Of a stretch of DNA of 64,000 nt, positions 30,715 through 42,057 are shown piece after piece. Source of the stretch: Candidatus Eremiobacteria bacterium (GTDB lineage Bacteria > Vulcanimicrobiota > Vulcanimicrobiia > Vulcanimicrobiales > Vulcanimicrobiaceae); the NCBI GenBank assembly GCA_963737065.1, contig CAVTRC010000002.1:256001-320000 (forward strand). Reading direction: 5' to 3'. Under the pieces are notes generated by a model. The model saw only the letters and a program-made list of their open reading frames with translations, had not been told where the DNA came from and made no database searches. The translations under genes and the position numbers were made by a program. The first letter of the stretch is position 1. Each line of letters starts with the position of its first letter.

Positions 30715-33700
30715 ATGGCGAAAACGACGGCTCCGAAGTCCCCTGCGAAGAGCTCCGCAGGCGCGAAGGGCAAGTCGAAGCGTACCGAGCGGCCCGCGCC
30801 CAACGCCGGCGTCACGACCACTGCGGTTCATACAACCTTCCCGGCAGCGGCCGGCGCATTCACGATCGAACAGCCGCCGGATCCCGGCCCCAAGCGCACC
30901 CGGCACTCGTTCGCAAAGATTCCGCACGTCCTCGAAATCCCGAACCTGATCGAACTTCAAAAAGCGAGTTTCGATTGGTTCAAGACCGAAGGATTGGCCG
31001 AGGCGTTCGCGTCGATTTCGCCGATCAAAGATTTCACCGGCAACCTTATCCTCGAGTTCGGCGACCACTCGCTCGGCGAGCCCAAGTATTCTATTGAAGA
31101 GTGTCGCGAGCGCGACATGACGTACAGTGCGCCGCTCCGCGTCCGCGTTCGTCTCATCACCGCCGAATCGGGCGAAATCAAAGGTATCCCGGACCAAGAA
31201 ATTTTCATGGGCGATTTTCCGCTCATGACCGACAAGGGCACGTTCATGATCAACGGCGCGGAGCGGGTGATCGTCAGCCAGCTGGTCCGTTCGCCCGGCG
31301 TGTACTACAGCCAAGACGTCGATACCAATTCACGCGCGACGTACAACGCCACGATTATTCCGAATCGTGGTGCGTGGATCGAATTCGAAACCGACAACGG
31401 CACCAAGAACGACGATACCGAGGGCACGATCGGCGTTCGCATCGACAAAAACCGCAAGATCTACGTCTCGACGTTCATCCGCGCGCTTTCGCGCCCGGAT
31501 CTCGGTTTCAATTGGGAGAGCGACGAAGCGATTCTTGCGCTCTTCAATGGTGCGCCGTTGATCCGGAACTCGATCGAAAAAGACAAAGACATCAAGACGC
31601 GCGAAGATGCGCTCAAAGAGATCTATAAGAAGCTGCGTCCCGGCGAACCCGAAAATGCGGAGAACGCCGAGAAACTGCTCGAATCGCTGTTCTTCGACGA
31701 GAAGCGTTATGATCTCGCCGGCGTTGGCCGCTACAAACTGCAGGGTAAATTCCATTACCAGATCGACAACCCGGACGTGGAAGAGCGTGCCGCCGCGCCC
31801 AGGATTCAGATCAACGAATACAACGGTCTCGAAGAGCCATCGATCGATGTGAAATGTCTCGCGCGTGCCGATATGATTTCGGTGATCCGACGCCTTATCA
31901 AAGTCGCGACAGGCGTTATCAAGAAGGACGACATCGACCATCTCGGTAACCGCCGCGTGCGCTCCGTCGGCGAACTGCTGCAAAATCAGTTCCGTGTCGG
32001 TTTGCTGCGCCTCGAGCGCGTGGTTCGCGAACGCATGACCGTTCAGGACATCGAAACCGTCACGCCGCAAGCGCTGATCAACATTCGTCCGGTCGTCGCC
32101 GCGATCAAGGAATTCTTCGGTTCATCGCAACTTTCGCAGTTCATGGACCAAACCAACTCGCTCGCCGAACTGACGCACAAGCGTCGTCTCTCGGCGCTCG
32201 GCCCGGGCGGACTTTCGCGCGAACGCGCCGGCTTCGAAGTTCGCGACGTTCACCACTCGCACTACGGCCGTATCTGCCCGATCGAAACGCCGGAAGGTCC
32301 GAACATCGGTCTGATCGGTTCGCTTGCGACGTATGCGCGCGTGAACAAGTTCGGGTTCATCGAGACGCCGTATCGCGTGGCCGAGAAGGGCCATGTGACG
32401 GACAATATTCAGTACCTCACCGCAGATCGCGAAGACGAATACATCATCGCGCAAGCCAACACGCCGGTCGACGAAGCGAGCGGCAAAATCACGAGTGAAA
32501 CCGTCGTTTGCCGTTACGCCGAAGAGTACATCGAAGAACCCGCCGCGCGCGTTCAGTTGATGGACGTGTCGCCGAAGCAGATCGTCTCGGTCGCGACGGC
32601 GCTCATCCCGTTCCTCGAGCACGACGACGCAAATCGCGCGCTGATGGGCGCCAATATGCAACGTCAAGCGGTACCGCTGCTTCGCCCCGACGCGCCCGTC
32701 GTCGGCACCGGCATGGAGTATCGCGCCGCGAAAGATTCCGGTTCGCTCATCGTCAGCGAAGCCAGCGGTCAGGTGACCGCGGTCGATGCGAAAGCCATCG
32801 CGCTGACGCTCGACGACGGCACGACGCAGGTCTACGATCTGCTGAAGTTCGTACGCAGTAACGCGGGCACGTGCATCAACCAGCGTCCGATCGTCTCGCT
32901 CGGTGAGCGCGTCGTTCCCGGTCAAGTGCTCGCGGACGGACCGTCGTCCGATGAGGCGGAGCTTGCGCTCGGCCAAAACGTCCTCGTCGCGTTCATGCCG
33001 TGGGAAGGTTACAACTACGAAGACGCGATTTTGATTTCCGAGCGAATGGTCAAAGAAGACCGCTTCACCTCCATTCACATCGAAGAGTACGAGTGCGAAG
33101 CGCGCGACACGAAGCTCGGACCCGAAGAGATCACCCGCGACATTCCCAACGTCGGCGAAGACGCGCTCAAGGATCTCGACGAGCGCGGCATCATCCGCAT
33201 CGGTGCGGAAGTGCGTCCGGAAGACATTCTCGTCGGTAAAGTCACGCCGAAGGGCGAAACCGAGCTCACCGCTGAGGAGCGCCTGTTGCGCGCTATCTTC
33301 GGCGAGAAGTCGCGCGAAGTGCGTGACACGAGCTTGAAAGTTCCGCACGGCGAAAAAGGCAAGATCATTGACGTCAAGGTCTTTTCGCGCGAAAACGGCG
33401 ACGAGCTTTCGCCGGGCGTCAACCACTTGGTGCGCGTCTACGTGGCGCAGAAACGCAAGATTCTGCAAGGCGACAAGATGGCCGGACGTCACGGTAACAA
33501 GGGCGTTATCGCGAAGGTGCTGCCGGAAGAAGACATGCCGTACTTGGAAGACGGTGCGCCGGTCGATATCGTGCTCAACCCGCTCGGTGTTCCGTCGCGC
33601 ATGAACCTCGGTCAGATTATGGAAACGCATCTCGGTTGGGCGGCGCGCATGCTCGGCATGAGCGTTGCGACACCGGTCTTCGACGGCGCGCACGCGGAGG

Positions 33701-34614
33701 ATATTTCCGAGTGGCTCCAAGACGCCGGCATGGCGCCCGACGGAAAGACATGGTTGCGCGACGGACGTTCCGGTGAACGCTTCTCCCGTCCCATTACGGT
33801 CGGCATGATTTACATGCTGAAGCTCGCGCATTTGGTGGACGACAAGATCCATGCGCGTTCGACGGGCCCGTACTCGATGATCACGCAACAGCCACTCGGC
33901 GGTAAAGCGCAGTTCGGTGGCCAGCGCTTCGGTGAAATGGAAGTCTGGGCACTCGAAGCCTACGGCGCTGCATACACGCTGCAAGAGCTCTTGACGGTGA
34001 AATCCGACGACGTCGTCGGCCGCGTGAAGACGTATGAAGCGATCGTCAAAGGCGAGAACGTAATGGAACCCGGCGTTCCGGAATCGTTCAAGGTTCTCAT
34101 CAAGGAACTGCAGTCGCTCGCGCTCGACGTGAAGGTACTGACCGAGAACCGTGAAGAGATCGATGTACGCATGCAAGACGACGATATGGGCGATCGCGAG
34201 CGTCAGGAGATCGGTCTTCTGATGGGCGACGATCAACCGGTCGTGTCGCAAACGCAAGTCGCGGCGCGTGAGGCCGTGGCGGAAGCTGCAGCGGAAGGCG
34301 CGCTCGGCGCGGACGGCGTGGCGCAAGCCGGCATTGCCGAGGTCGAGACGGAAGAGGAAGAGGAAGAAGAGGAGATCGACGACAGCAAACCGCTGGATGC
34401 GACTCCGCTTCCCGCTCCGCCGCCGGCCGCGGCTCGCGAAGCCGATGAGGATATCTTCGTCGAAGAGGAAGAACCTGATGACGCTGAGATCGAGGAAGGC
34501 GTGCAGGGCTACGAACTCGAGGAAGAAGACGAGGAAACCTACAGCGAGGACAAGGGCTTCGAAGAAGAAGACGAGGAGCCGTACAGCGAAAACCCCAACG
34601 AGGAAGAGTTCTAA
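30715..34614 (+). CDS. rpoB: RNA polymerase beta subunit
   Basis: [61 protein letters not shown]- and C-terminal extensions. Confidence 0.99.
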   Translation: MAKTTAPKSPAKSSAGAKGKSKRTERPAPNAGVTTTAVHTTFPAAAGAFTIEQPPDPGPKRTRHSFAKIPHVLEIPNLIELQKASFDWFKTEGLAEAFASISPIKDFTGNLILEFGDHSLGEPKYSIEECRERDMTYSAPLRVRVRLITAESGEIKGIPDQEIFMGDFPLMTDKGTFMINGAERVIVSQLVRSPGVYYSQDVDTNSRATYNATIIPNRGAWIEFETDNGTKNDDTEGTIGVRIDKNRKIYVSTFIRALSRPDLGFNWESDEAILALFNGAPLIRNSIEKDKDIKTREDALKEIYKKLRPGEPENAENAEKLLESLFFDEKRYDLAGVGRYKLQGKFHYQIDNPDVEERAAAPRIQINEYNGLEEPSIDVKCLARADMISVIRRLIKVATGVIKKDDIDHLGNRRVRSVGELLQNQFRVGLLRLERVVRERMTVQDIETVTPQALINIRPVVAAIKEFFGSSQLSQFMDQTNSLAELTHKRRLSALGPGGLSRERAGFEVRDVHHSHYGRICPIETPEGPNIGLIGSLATYARVNKFGFIETPYRVAEKGHVTDNIQYLTADREDEYIIAQANTPVDEASGKITSETVVCRYAEEYIEEPAARVQLMDVSPKQIVSVATALIPFLEHDDANRALMGANMQRQAVPLLRPDAPVVGTGMEYRAAKDSGSLIVSEASGQVTAVDAKAIALTLDDGTTQVYDLLKFVRSNAGTCINQRPIVSLGERVVPGQVLADGPSSDEAELALGQNVLVAFMPWEGYNYEDAILISERMVKEDRFTSIHIEEYECEARDTKLGPEEITRDIPNVGEDALKDLDERGIIRIGAEVRPEDILVGKVTPKGETELTAEERLLRAIFGEKSREVRDTSLKVPHGEKGKIIDVKVFSRENGDELSPGVNHLVRVYVAQKRKILQGDKMAGRHGNKGVIAKVLPEEDMPYLEDGAPVDIVLNPLGVPSRMNLGQIMETHLGWAARMLGMSVATPVFDGAHAEDISEWLQDAGMAPDGKTWLRDGRSGERFSRPITVGMIYMLKLAHLVDDKIHARSTGPYSMITQQPLGGKAQFGGQRFGEMEVWALEAYGAAYTLQELLTVKSDDVVGRVKTYEAIVKGENVMEPGVPESFKVLIKELQSLALDVKVLTENREEIDVRMQDDDMGDRERQEIGLLMGDDQPVVSQTQVAAREAVAEAAAEGALGADGVAQAGIAEVETEEEEEEEEIDDSKPLDATPLPAPPPAAAREADEDIFVEEEEPDDAEIEEGVQGYELEEEDEETYSEDKGFEEEDEEPYSENPNEEEF

Positions 34615-34632
34615 GGAAGCACCCATGCAAAG

Positions 34633-34669
34633 AAAAGCCCGGCGACGAATCGCCGGGCTTTTGTGTTTT
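34633..34669. terminator. Bidirectional intrinsic terminator after rpoB
   Basis: AAAAGCCCGGCGA-CGAA-TCGCCGGGCTTTT-GTGTTTT. Confidence 0.9.
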
Positions 34670-34680
34670 CGCAGTGTGCG

Positions 34681-35094
34681 TTACACGCGGTGCGCGGGAG
34701 AATTTCGCCCGGTGCGCTGTTGAGAAGCGCTATGCGAGCCTAGGACCGCGAGCTGCCGGCGTTGCGCTTCGACGACACTGTGCTGGTACGCGAGCTCTTT
34801 CTTGAGTTCTTGATTGACTTGCACTTCCTCGGCATACGCCTTTTGCTCTTGATGGTAGGCGGCCCATGCGTCGTTGTTCTCTTGCGAAAGCGCGGCCTGG
34901 CGGCGATCGTAGTGTGCGTATTTTTCATGAATTTGCCGATCGTGTTGGACGATCAAATATGCAGCGGCCGCACCGCCGAGCAGAATCAAATTTCGCGTGG
35001 TCGCCGCGCCGTCGGCGTGCACCGGCACGGCGGGAATCGCGAGTGCGAGCGTTCCCGTCAGCGCGAGCGACCCAAGTGCTTGCTTGATTTTCAT
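34681..35094 (-). CDS. Secreted coiled-coil hypothetical protein
   Basis: GGAGG RBS, signal peptide ending VHA-D, Gly/Ala-rich helix then Gln/Glu-rich coil. Confidence 0.75.
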   Translation of the reverse strand: MKIKQALGSLALTGTLALAIPAVPVHADGAATTRNLILLGGAAAAYLIVQHDRQIHEKYAHYDRRQAALSQENNDAWAAYHQEQKAYAEEVQVNQELKKELAYQHSVVEAQRRQLAVLGSHSASQQRTGRNSPAHRV

Positions 35095-35144
35095 GCGAGT
35101 CGTCTTCCCTCCATTACGAGAGAACGTAACGCGCGCACATTCCG

Positions 35145-37143
35145 TCACTCTGGGCAGCTGCGTGCTACCGGCTTGTTGATTGGAAGCGACACGCCGAGCG
35201 AGATGACGGAGGGCGGAGCGTAGCGATCGATGCTCGACAGATACCGTGCATCGGTCACGTTATCGCCGCGCAACACGAGCCGCACCCCGGTACCGATCGG
35301 AACGCTCGCGGATAAACCCGTGGTAATCGCGGTCCCGAGCGGTTCACGATTGAGATCATCAGCGTACGTTTGTCCGATGTACGAAACGTTCACGCCGACG
35401 CGCGTCGATCCGACGAGCGTGCTGTAGCCCGCGTATGCCGATCCTTCGGGAACGTACGGCAACTGCTTGCCGATTGCGGCCGACGACCCTGCCGTCACGC
35501 GCGAGCTTTGCTGCGTCCCCCACACGTTTACGCTGGAGCACGGTCCGACGCGTTGCGTGTAGCTCGCGGTAACGCCATTGGTTTGCGCGTGCGCGAAGTT
35601 GCTGCGCACCTCGTGCGTCGCATCAATCGTGCGAAAGGAAATCGCGTCCGAGATGAACGTTTGCACGTAGTCTACGGCAAATTCCGACCCGCGATTCGTC
35701 CAGTCGAACCCCGCCGTCTGCGAATAGCTGCGCTCCGGCACCAGATGTGGATTCGGAAGATACGTGATCGGCCCGATGACATAGCCGCGGACCAATTCGT
35801 TGAGATACGGCGCGCGAAGTCCCGATCCGCCCGCCGCGCGAAACGCGAGGTGCGACGTAACATCGTACCGGACGGCGGCCCGCGGCGAGAGCGCGCGATC
35901 GGTTCGCGGCGCAATCGTCGTCGTTGTGCCGCCGCTCGTCAGTTTCGCGTTCGGTAAAAAGATCGATGTTGCCGCGACGCCCGCGATCATTTCGCCGCGA
36001 GCGAATCGCCACGTGTTTTGAACGGCGATATCTGCAATCTGCTGCACGCCGCTACCGCTCGCCGTTTGAACGTTCGCCGCATTGAGTTGTTCGCTCACAC
36101 CGCCGGCGAACCGTGCGTCGCCCCGTATCTCGAACGTCGACTTCGAACTATCGACGATCCAGTTCAGCGATCGCTCCGCTTTCATGCGTTGGAACGTACT
36201 GCGTGTACAGCAGCGATGCCGGCGACGACGACTTGTCGGCTCGATTCGTGACGAACGTATTGCGCGCATACCCGGTCACGCTAACGGATGCGCGCGTCCA
36301 CCGGCGTGCAAACGAAAGAGCGTTCTGAACGAAGTCGCGCCAGAAATCGTAATTCGGACGGCCGTATTGCTGGTAGTCCCAGGCCCCGCGGTAGCCGTAG
36401 TCCAGCGTCGTGTTCGCGTCCGGCGCATAGCGGAAGCGCAACGAGATCATCTTCGAACGCGCGACGGCGTTCGTGTCGATCGGCGATTGATAGCCGGGCG
36501 CAAGCGCGTAATACGAGAGCTGTTGATCCGACGCGGAGAGCGATGTCGAAAGCCGCGTTGCCAGCGGTGCCGACGTTTGGAGATACTCATTGAGATACGC
36601 GTGCGTGCCGGGAAGAATTCGAACGTTTCCGCTCGCCGGACCATTCGATTGCGTCGTCGGCGCGTACGTTTGCAGCGAGAGCACGCCGCCGATCGCGCCC
36701 GACCCGTACAACGCGGAACCGGGCCCGCGCAACAACTCGGCACGCGTGATATCGTTTGCGGGATATGCGGCCCAATCGATCTGTCCGCCGAATGCGTCTT
36801 GCGCGAAGACGTTGTCAACGAGCACGAGTCCACGATCGTTGCCTGCTCCGGAAAACGAAGCGCGCAACTGGCCGTAATTCGTAAACCCGCTGTTGCTGCG
36901 CGTGTGGTCGTATCCCGGGAGCGCGTTCAACAGCTGATCGGCCGTCAGAGCGGGGTTCGCTCTAATCTGCTCCGTGGTGAGCAGCGATGCGGGTAGCGGC
37001 AGGCGGTGGAGGGTCTCGAGCGATCCCGTTGCGACGCTGACGCTTCCGATGACGGGTGGCGTCGACGGCGTCGGGCTCGGCGATGGCGTCGGAGACGTCA
37101 CGACCGCCTGCGCGAGAACGAAGACCACAGAAAGTGCGTGCAA
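35145..37143 (-). pseudogene. TonB-dependent receptor, split by frameshift near 36165
   Basis: Plug motif ELLRGPGSALYGSGAIGGV in 36148-37143; barrel motifs (SPRAAVRY, RAPYLNEL, NPHLVPERS) in 35145-36269. Confidence 0.85.
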
Positions 37144-37271
37144 AGCCTGTACGTCTTTCCCCGTCGCTCGCCGTCTACCGCTTGATTGTCGGTTCGTGTC
37201 TACGGGAGCTCCGCTCGCTCATGGCGATATACCGTCGTATCACCTCCGCTCGATTAAGCAGGTGCGCACGA

Positions 37272-38189
37272 ATGAGTAGTCTCCCGCGAATTGGAGTCGT
37301 TGGAACCGGCCGCATGGGCGGAAATATGGCGTTGCGACTGCACGACGTCGGCTACCCCATTACGGTCGTGTACGACACGCACCGCCCGGCCGCCGAAACG
37401 ATCGCGAACGAAACGGGAGCGACGGTGGCGTCTACGCTGAGCGAGGTCACGCGCGATGCGGACGTCATCATTACCGTCGTAAGCGACGATGACGCGATGG
37501 ACCGTATTTTTGCGCAAAGCGGCGACTCGCTCCTCAGCGGTGCCGCGGGAAAAACGTTCGTCAATTGCGCGACGGTTTCGCCGGCAGTTCATGTCGAGGT
37601 GCAAGCGCGCAGTGAGCGCGCCGGCGCACGTTCGCTGGAAGCCTGTATGGCGAGCTCGATCCCGCAGGCGCGTAACGGGACGCTTTACCTCATGGTCGCC
37701 GGCAGACCGGAAGTCTTCGCCGAACTCGAACCGATGCTCAAGAAGCTGAGTTCTTCGTTGCGTTACATCGGTGAAGCCGGGCGCGCCGCGCAAGTCAAAG
37801 CGCTCGTCAATATGGTGATGAACATCAACACAGCCGGGCTTGCCGAAGGCCTCGGGCTGGGTGATGCGCTCGGCCTCGACCTCGACATGCTGCGCGAAGT
37901 CTTTTCGCAAACCGGCGCAAATTCGCGCGTCCTCGAAACCGACGGCGCCGACATGCAGAATCGCGAGCACGACGTGTACTTTTCGGCAGAACATGCCGCG
38001 AAGGATTCAGGCATCGCGCTTTCACTCGCGCGGGAACGGCACCTGTCCCTGCCGCTCGCGCGGGCGACGTACGAGCAGTACGAATCGATGAAGTCGCTTG
38101 GGCTCGGCGGACTGGATAAATCGGGCGTCTCCGAGCTTACATTCGTTTCTCGTCACGGACAACAATTCGCAGAAAAAACTCACGCGTAA
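37272..38189 (+). CDS. NAD(P)-dependent oxidoreductase, 3-hydroxyisobutyrate dehydrogenase family
   Basis: GVVGTGRMG Rossmann motif, K..VN catalytic region, KDSGIAL. Confidence 0.9.
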   Translation: MSSLPRIGVVGTGRMGGNMALRLHDVGYPITVVYDTHRPAAETIANETGATVASTLSEVTRDADVIITVVSDDDAMDRIFAQSGDSLLSGAAGKTFVNCATVSPAVHVEVQARSERAGARSLEACMASSIPQARNGTLYLMVAGRPEVFAELEPMLKKLSSSLRYIGEAGRAAQVKALVNMVMNINTAGLAEGLGLGDALGLDLDMLREVFSQTGANSRVLETDGADMQNREHDVYFSAEHAAKDSGIALSLARERHLSLPLARATYEQYESMKSLGLGGLDKSGVSELTFVSRHGQQFAEKTHA

Positions 38190-38205
38190 TTGCTGGGAGG
38201 ATAAC

Positions 38206-38667
38206 ATGTCCACGTCGGCCACTTCAGGTCAAAAGGTCGTACCCGTGCTCAGCTCCGACACCGCCGGTCCGCTCGGAGCGATCCATCTTCCGCGTCTTTG
38301 GTTGAAGCTCTCGCTCGCGGCGGCCGGATTGCTGCCGCAGGACTACGACGAGTGCGGTTCAGGCTTCGATCAGATGACGCTGAACGCTCTCGGACTCGAT
38401 CGTCAGAAGACGATCGATTACATACGCACGCACCATCCGAGATACATGGAATTCGAAGAATGGGTGATGGAGCAAAACGGCGGATCGATTTCCGAAGACC
38501 GCATTCGCAAGCACAACGAAGCGGTGCGCGGATACAATCATGCGGACGATAAAGCCGCGAAGATGCGTGAGAAATCGGGAATCACGAAGTCGGACGTTCG
38601 CGACGCCGTCACGTTGAACACGATGGAAGATCTCGACGACGTCTACGAGCAAATCACACGGAAGTAG
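38206..38667 (+). CDS. DUF5069-like protein
   Basis: GGGAGG RBS; GAIHLPRLW.K...DY..CG.GFDQM.L..LG pattern. Confidence 0.75.
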   Translation: MSTSATSGQKVVPVLSSDTAGPLGAIHLPRLWLKLSLAAAGLLPQDYDECGSGFDQMTLNALGLDRQKTIDYIRTHHPRYMEFEEWVMEQNGGSISEDRIRKHNEAVRGYNHADDKAAKMREKSGITKSDVRDAVTLNTMEDLDDVYEQITRK

Positions 38668-38673
38668 GCAGCG

Positions 38674-41265
38674 TTAGATCGACGACCACTGCAGTTGCAG
38701 GGTGAACGCGCGCGCCTGCGGATACGAGGACGGAACGTAGCCGCCTGTGCCGTACGTCCACGGAAGCGCTTGATGCACGCCGTCGGCGGTTGGAACGCCG
38801 TTCCCTAAAGCATACCGTCCGCTTGCGATCGCGCTACCATACCACGACGAGTAGAGCGCGTTGCCGCCGACATACCCCGGCGGCCCGATGAGGTATGGAT
38901 TTCCCTGCAATTGCGTCGGAGCAGCGGTTCCGAACACGTTTGCGATGTCGAGCATGACGCGCAACCCCCGCTCGAATTGGGCTTCAACGTGAAGCGAAGC
39001 GACGAGTTGCGGCGCCGTGTGCAAGGTATTCGGATCGTCGCCTTCCGGCGTTCCTAGCGTCGCGATGTACGGATTCGTGAGGGCGTTATACGGCTGAGAC
39101 GGATCCCGCAGAAAATAATAGTTATATCCGGGATTGACATAATTGTCGTTCGGGACGCTTTGCGGTTTGCCGTTGCGTCCGAAGATCCAAACGCGTCGTC
39201 CGTTACCGTACGGATATCCGGATTCCCACGAGAGTCCGGGAGCGATCGTCACCATCCCGGCGCGGAGACGCACGTTCGCGAGTGCCGTGACGTCGGGAAC
39301 ATATCCGAGCGGAAAGAGATGTCCCGCCGCGATCGCTGCGGCATTGAGTTCGTTGATTGCGAATTGTTCTGCGCTCGATGATACGCCGCGCGCAGCGCTC
39401 GCCCCGAGCGTGAGCGCGCCGCGCGCATATGATAGCTCGAAACCGTGAACGTTAAGCGCGCCCGTATTCTGTGGAATCTCGATGGAGCCGCTGAGCGGAA
39501 GAAGGTCGATTCGGTTTCGCTCCTCTCTGTTGAAGTACGTCAACGCGATCAGCGACCTTCCCGCGTGTTCGTAGGAAAGCTCCGTCGAACTCGAATGTTC
39601 GGTGGAAAGCGGCGTCACCGCAAGCGCGAGTTCCAAGCCGTGTGGAGCGACGGAAACGGCATCGTAGAGCAATCGAAATGCGTCCTTCCCGGTGTCGTAT
39701 ACGAGCGAGGCATGCGGATCGATTGCGCCGGTATGAGCCTCTGCGGCGTTTCCGGCACGCGATGATTCCGAGAGTCCTCGTAGCGCTCCCATCGCGTCGA
39801 TGCGCGGCGTCACGTGCCAGGTATCTTGCGCGTAGCCGACATATGCATTCGACGACGGCGTCGCATTGATGTTGCCGTTGTGAAGTTGCGGAATCGCTTG
39901 ATCGAGTTTGAACTGCTCCGCGTGCACGTCGACGCCGTACGAGAGCTCGTTGCGTGAATTCGGCAGCACGTGGGTTTCAACGCGGAATCCTTGCAACGCA
40001 CCGGCTTGCGTTCCAAAATACGAAACGATGCCGTTGGGAAACGAAAGATCGTCAAAGAACGGAGCATCGGTCGTTGCATTATATGAGGATGCATACACGG
40101 AAGCGCTCGTTGCCGAACTGCGCGAACGCCACGTCATCGCGGCTTTGAATACGTCGAACGTTCCGCGAATCCGCGACGGCGTTTCGGAAGAGAACGGCGC
40201 GAACGCGGCGGATAGCGGCGTCCCGTATTGATCGGAGACGGAACTTCCCGTCAGTGCATCGACTTCGAGCTGCTGCGAGTGCGCGGTTTGAAACTCGGCA
40301 TTCAGCGATGCCGACCAGTCTGCACGATTCGCGAGTGCGAGGCCGTATGTCGCAGCCTCAGCCGGATAGAACGTGTGCCCGTCGCCATAGGAAAAGGCGG
40401 CCGTCGACGAGCGTACGTCGACGGCATAGCGTTGCCGCAGGTCGGTCGTCGCCCATCCGCGCGAGACGTCGACCGCGGCGGCGCTCGGTGTTCCGCCCGC
40501 AATGGTGATCTGCGCGTTTCCCGGCGATGCACCCCGTAACGGAATTTCATCGACAATACCGCCGAGCGCCGCGTCGGGGCCGCTGAAACCGCCTAAATAG
40601 ACGTTTGTAAAGGCGACCCCGGTCGTGGGCAGCTGTGCACCGACGACGTTGCCGCCCGGCTCCGCAATCAACGCTTGCACGACGGGGACGCCGTCATACA
40701 TGTAGAGCGTGTCATTGGTACGGCCGTCACGTACCAACGCATTCGCAAACTGATCTTCTTGTACGCCGGGCACGCGCGCTGCGGCGCCCTGCGCCGTACC
40801 CTGCACGTATTGCGCGAGCCCGGATGGGACCGAAACGAGCGGCGCGCGCGATTGCGACGCATCCAGCGTGTACACATCGTTCGACGCGCCGATGCGCACG
40901 CCGCGCTGCAGGACCGAGCGCACCGTGGTGATCGTCGTGAGCGCAAGCAGATGAACGGAAATCGACGACGTTCGACCGGGCAGCACGGAAATGGCAAAAT
41001 CCATCGGCTGCATTCCGGCGGCTGTTATATGGACGCCGTAGCGGTCCGGGGTTACGTCGACGGCAGCAAAGTGTCCGCGGGCGTCCGTTATAAAGCTCTG
41101 GTGTGACGCCGGTGATGAGAGCCGAACGGAGGCCGCTGCAAGCGCGTGCCCGTCGCCGTCCGTTACCGTGCCGATCAGCGTTCCCGTGGTTTGCGCGGGG
41201 AGCGCCGGTATCGGCACGGCAAGACAGAAAAACAGAGCAATGCCGGCGCGGGCGGAGACGATCAT
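38674..41265 (-). CDS. TonB-dependent receptor-like protein with N-terminal carboxypeptidase-regulatory-like domain
   Basis: Signal peptide, QTTGTLIGTVTD, TDARGHF, plug-like region, terminal beta strand (RAFTLQLQW). Confidence 0.8.
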   Translation of the reverse strand: MIVSARAGIALFFCLAVPIPALPAQTTGTLIGTVTDGDGHALAAASVRLSSPASHQSFITDARGHFAAVDVTPDRYGVHITAAGMQPMDFAISVLPGRTSSISVHLLALTTITTVRSVLQRGVRIGASNDVYTLDASQSRAPLVSVPSGLAQYVQGTAQGAAARVPGVQEDQFANALVRDGRTNDTLYMYDGVPVVQALIAEPGGNVVGAQLPTTGVAFTNVYLGGFSGPDAALGGIVDEIPLRGASPGNAQITIAGGTPSAAAVDVSRGWATTDLRQRYAVDVRSSTAAFSYGDGHTFYPAEAATYGLALANRADWSASLNAEFQTAHSQQLEVDALTGSSVSDQYGTPLSAAFAPFSSETPSRIRGTFDVFKAAMTWRSRSSATSASVYASSYNATTDAPFFDDLSFPNGIVSYFGTQAGALQGFRVETHVLPNSRNELSYGVDVHAEQFKLDQAIPQLHNGNINATPSSNAYVGYAQDTWHVTPRIDAMGALRGLSESSRAGNAAEAHTGAIDPHASLVYDTGKDAFRLLYDAVSVAPHGLELALAVTPLSTEHSSSTELSYEHAGRSLIALTYFNREERNRIDLLPLSGSIEIPQNTGALNVHGFELSYARGALTLGASAARGVSSSAEQFAINELNAAAIAAGHLFPLGYVPDVTALANVRLRAGMVTIAPGLSWESGYPYGNGRRVWIFGRNGKPQSVPNDNYVNPGYNYYFLRDPSQPYNALTNPYIATLGTPEGDDPNTLHTAPQLVASLHVEAQFERGLRVMLDIANVFGTAAPTQLQGNPYLIGPPGYVGGNALYSSWYGSAIASGRYALGNGVPTADGVHQALPWTYGTGGYVPSSYPQARAFTLQLQWSSI

Positions 41266-41295
41266 AGCAGCTTGTCGCCCGCGGCCGAGGGTCAT

Positions 41296-41826
41296 TTACC
41301 GCGACTGTTTGCCGGCGTAGTCTTGTTCGATCTTAGCGGCGTTCGTCAGTGGCCCGGCATCTTCGCAGCGTCGTCCGCATGCCGAGATCATCTCTTCGAC
41401 CGTGCCGCGCGCTAGCGGGTCGTCGCTTGCCACGCGGATCGGTTCGTGAGGGTCGACGACGTCGATGAACGCTTTGACGACGTGCCGGTTATCGAGTTTT
41501 TTCGCAAGAATCTCGGCCCCGCTCGTCCCCTCGAGTTCCGGCGGGCGCATGGCGTCGATGACGACGCCGTCCTTATAGTCGCCGAGCGCTCGGAGGCTGT
41601 CGTCGACCTCTTCCCAGCGAACCGCGAAAACCAGCGCTTCGCTTGACGTTGCTTGGTCATACGTCGTGCAGGCTTTTGCATCCCCGCCGAGTGCTTCGGC
41701 GGCCTGCTCCGCCGATTCCGGCCGGCACGGGTCGCTGAAGCTGATCTGATGTCCGCAATTCTGCAGCAGCCGGCCGATCGTCACCGCACGGTCGTCTGTT
41801 CCGATGATCCCTATCGTCATAGCCAT
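41296..41826 (-). CDS. F420-dependent NADP oxidoreductase-like protein with degenerate Rossmann motif
   Basis: IGIIGTDDRA, VIDA, SGAE, VVKAF, ASDD, DAGPL..A. Confidence 0.75.
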   Translation of the reverse strand: MAMTIGIIGTDDRAVTIGRLLQNCGHQISFSDPCRPESAEQAAEALGGDAKACTTYDQATSSEALVFAVRWEEVDDSLRALGDYKDGVVIDAMRPPELEGTSGAEILAKKLDNRHVVKAFIDVVDPHEPIRVASDDPLARGTVEEMISACGRRCEDAGPLTNAAKIEQDYAGKQSR

Positions 41827-41874
41827 GCGGGTGTTGTACCCGTCGACGTCGGTCCCGCAGCGGGAACGCTGAGA

Positions 41875-41903
41875 TTGAATCGTGTCGCTTCGCGTGATAC
41901 ACT
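41875..41903 (+). promoter_or_regulatory. Sigma70-type promoter of rpoC
   Basis: TTGAAT-17 bp-TACACT with extended -10 TG. Confidence 0.85.
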
Positions 41904-42057
41904 AAGCGTCTGTGCCCGAACGGACGCGTCTCTGACGAGGGACGTTGCCGCGTTCAACCGGCGGCGCGACGGTGGGTCCCCTTACGAGACAACGTGAGAC
42001 GCGGAAGCCCTGCGTAAGCAACGCCCGGCGGCATTAACCACCGGAGTTTCCTCCAAC

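Noticed and set aside
32110..32210. Rifampicin-resistance allele in rpoB
   Set aside because: Key cluster I Asp, His and Ser residues are present (MDQ..THKRRLS); the Pro-to-Ser change in TNSL alone supports no claim
32122..34626. 834-aa antisense ORF over rpoB, and similar long antisense ORFs over rpoC, SNF2 and the acylase
   Set aside because: Shadow frames produced by GC-rich codon bias; no motifs
37144..37271. Cobalamin or other riboswitch upstream of the TonB receptor
   Set aside because: No recognisable conserved riboswitch boxes; only a weak hairpin and a 9-bp direct repeat CTCCGCTCG
34615..42057. Mobile element inserted between rpoB and rpoC
   Set aside because: No integrase, transposase or terminal repeats seen; both flanking genes have complete expression signals
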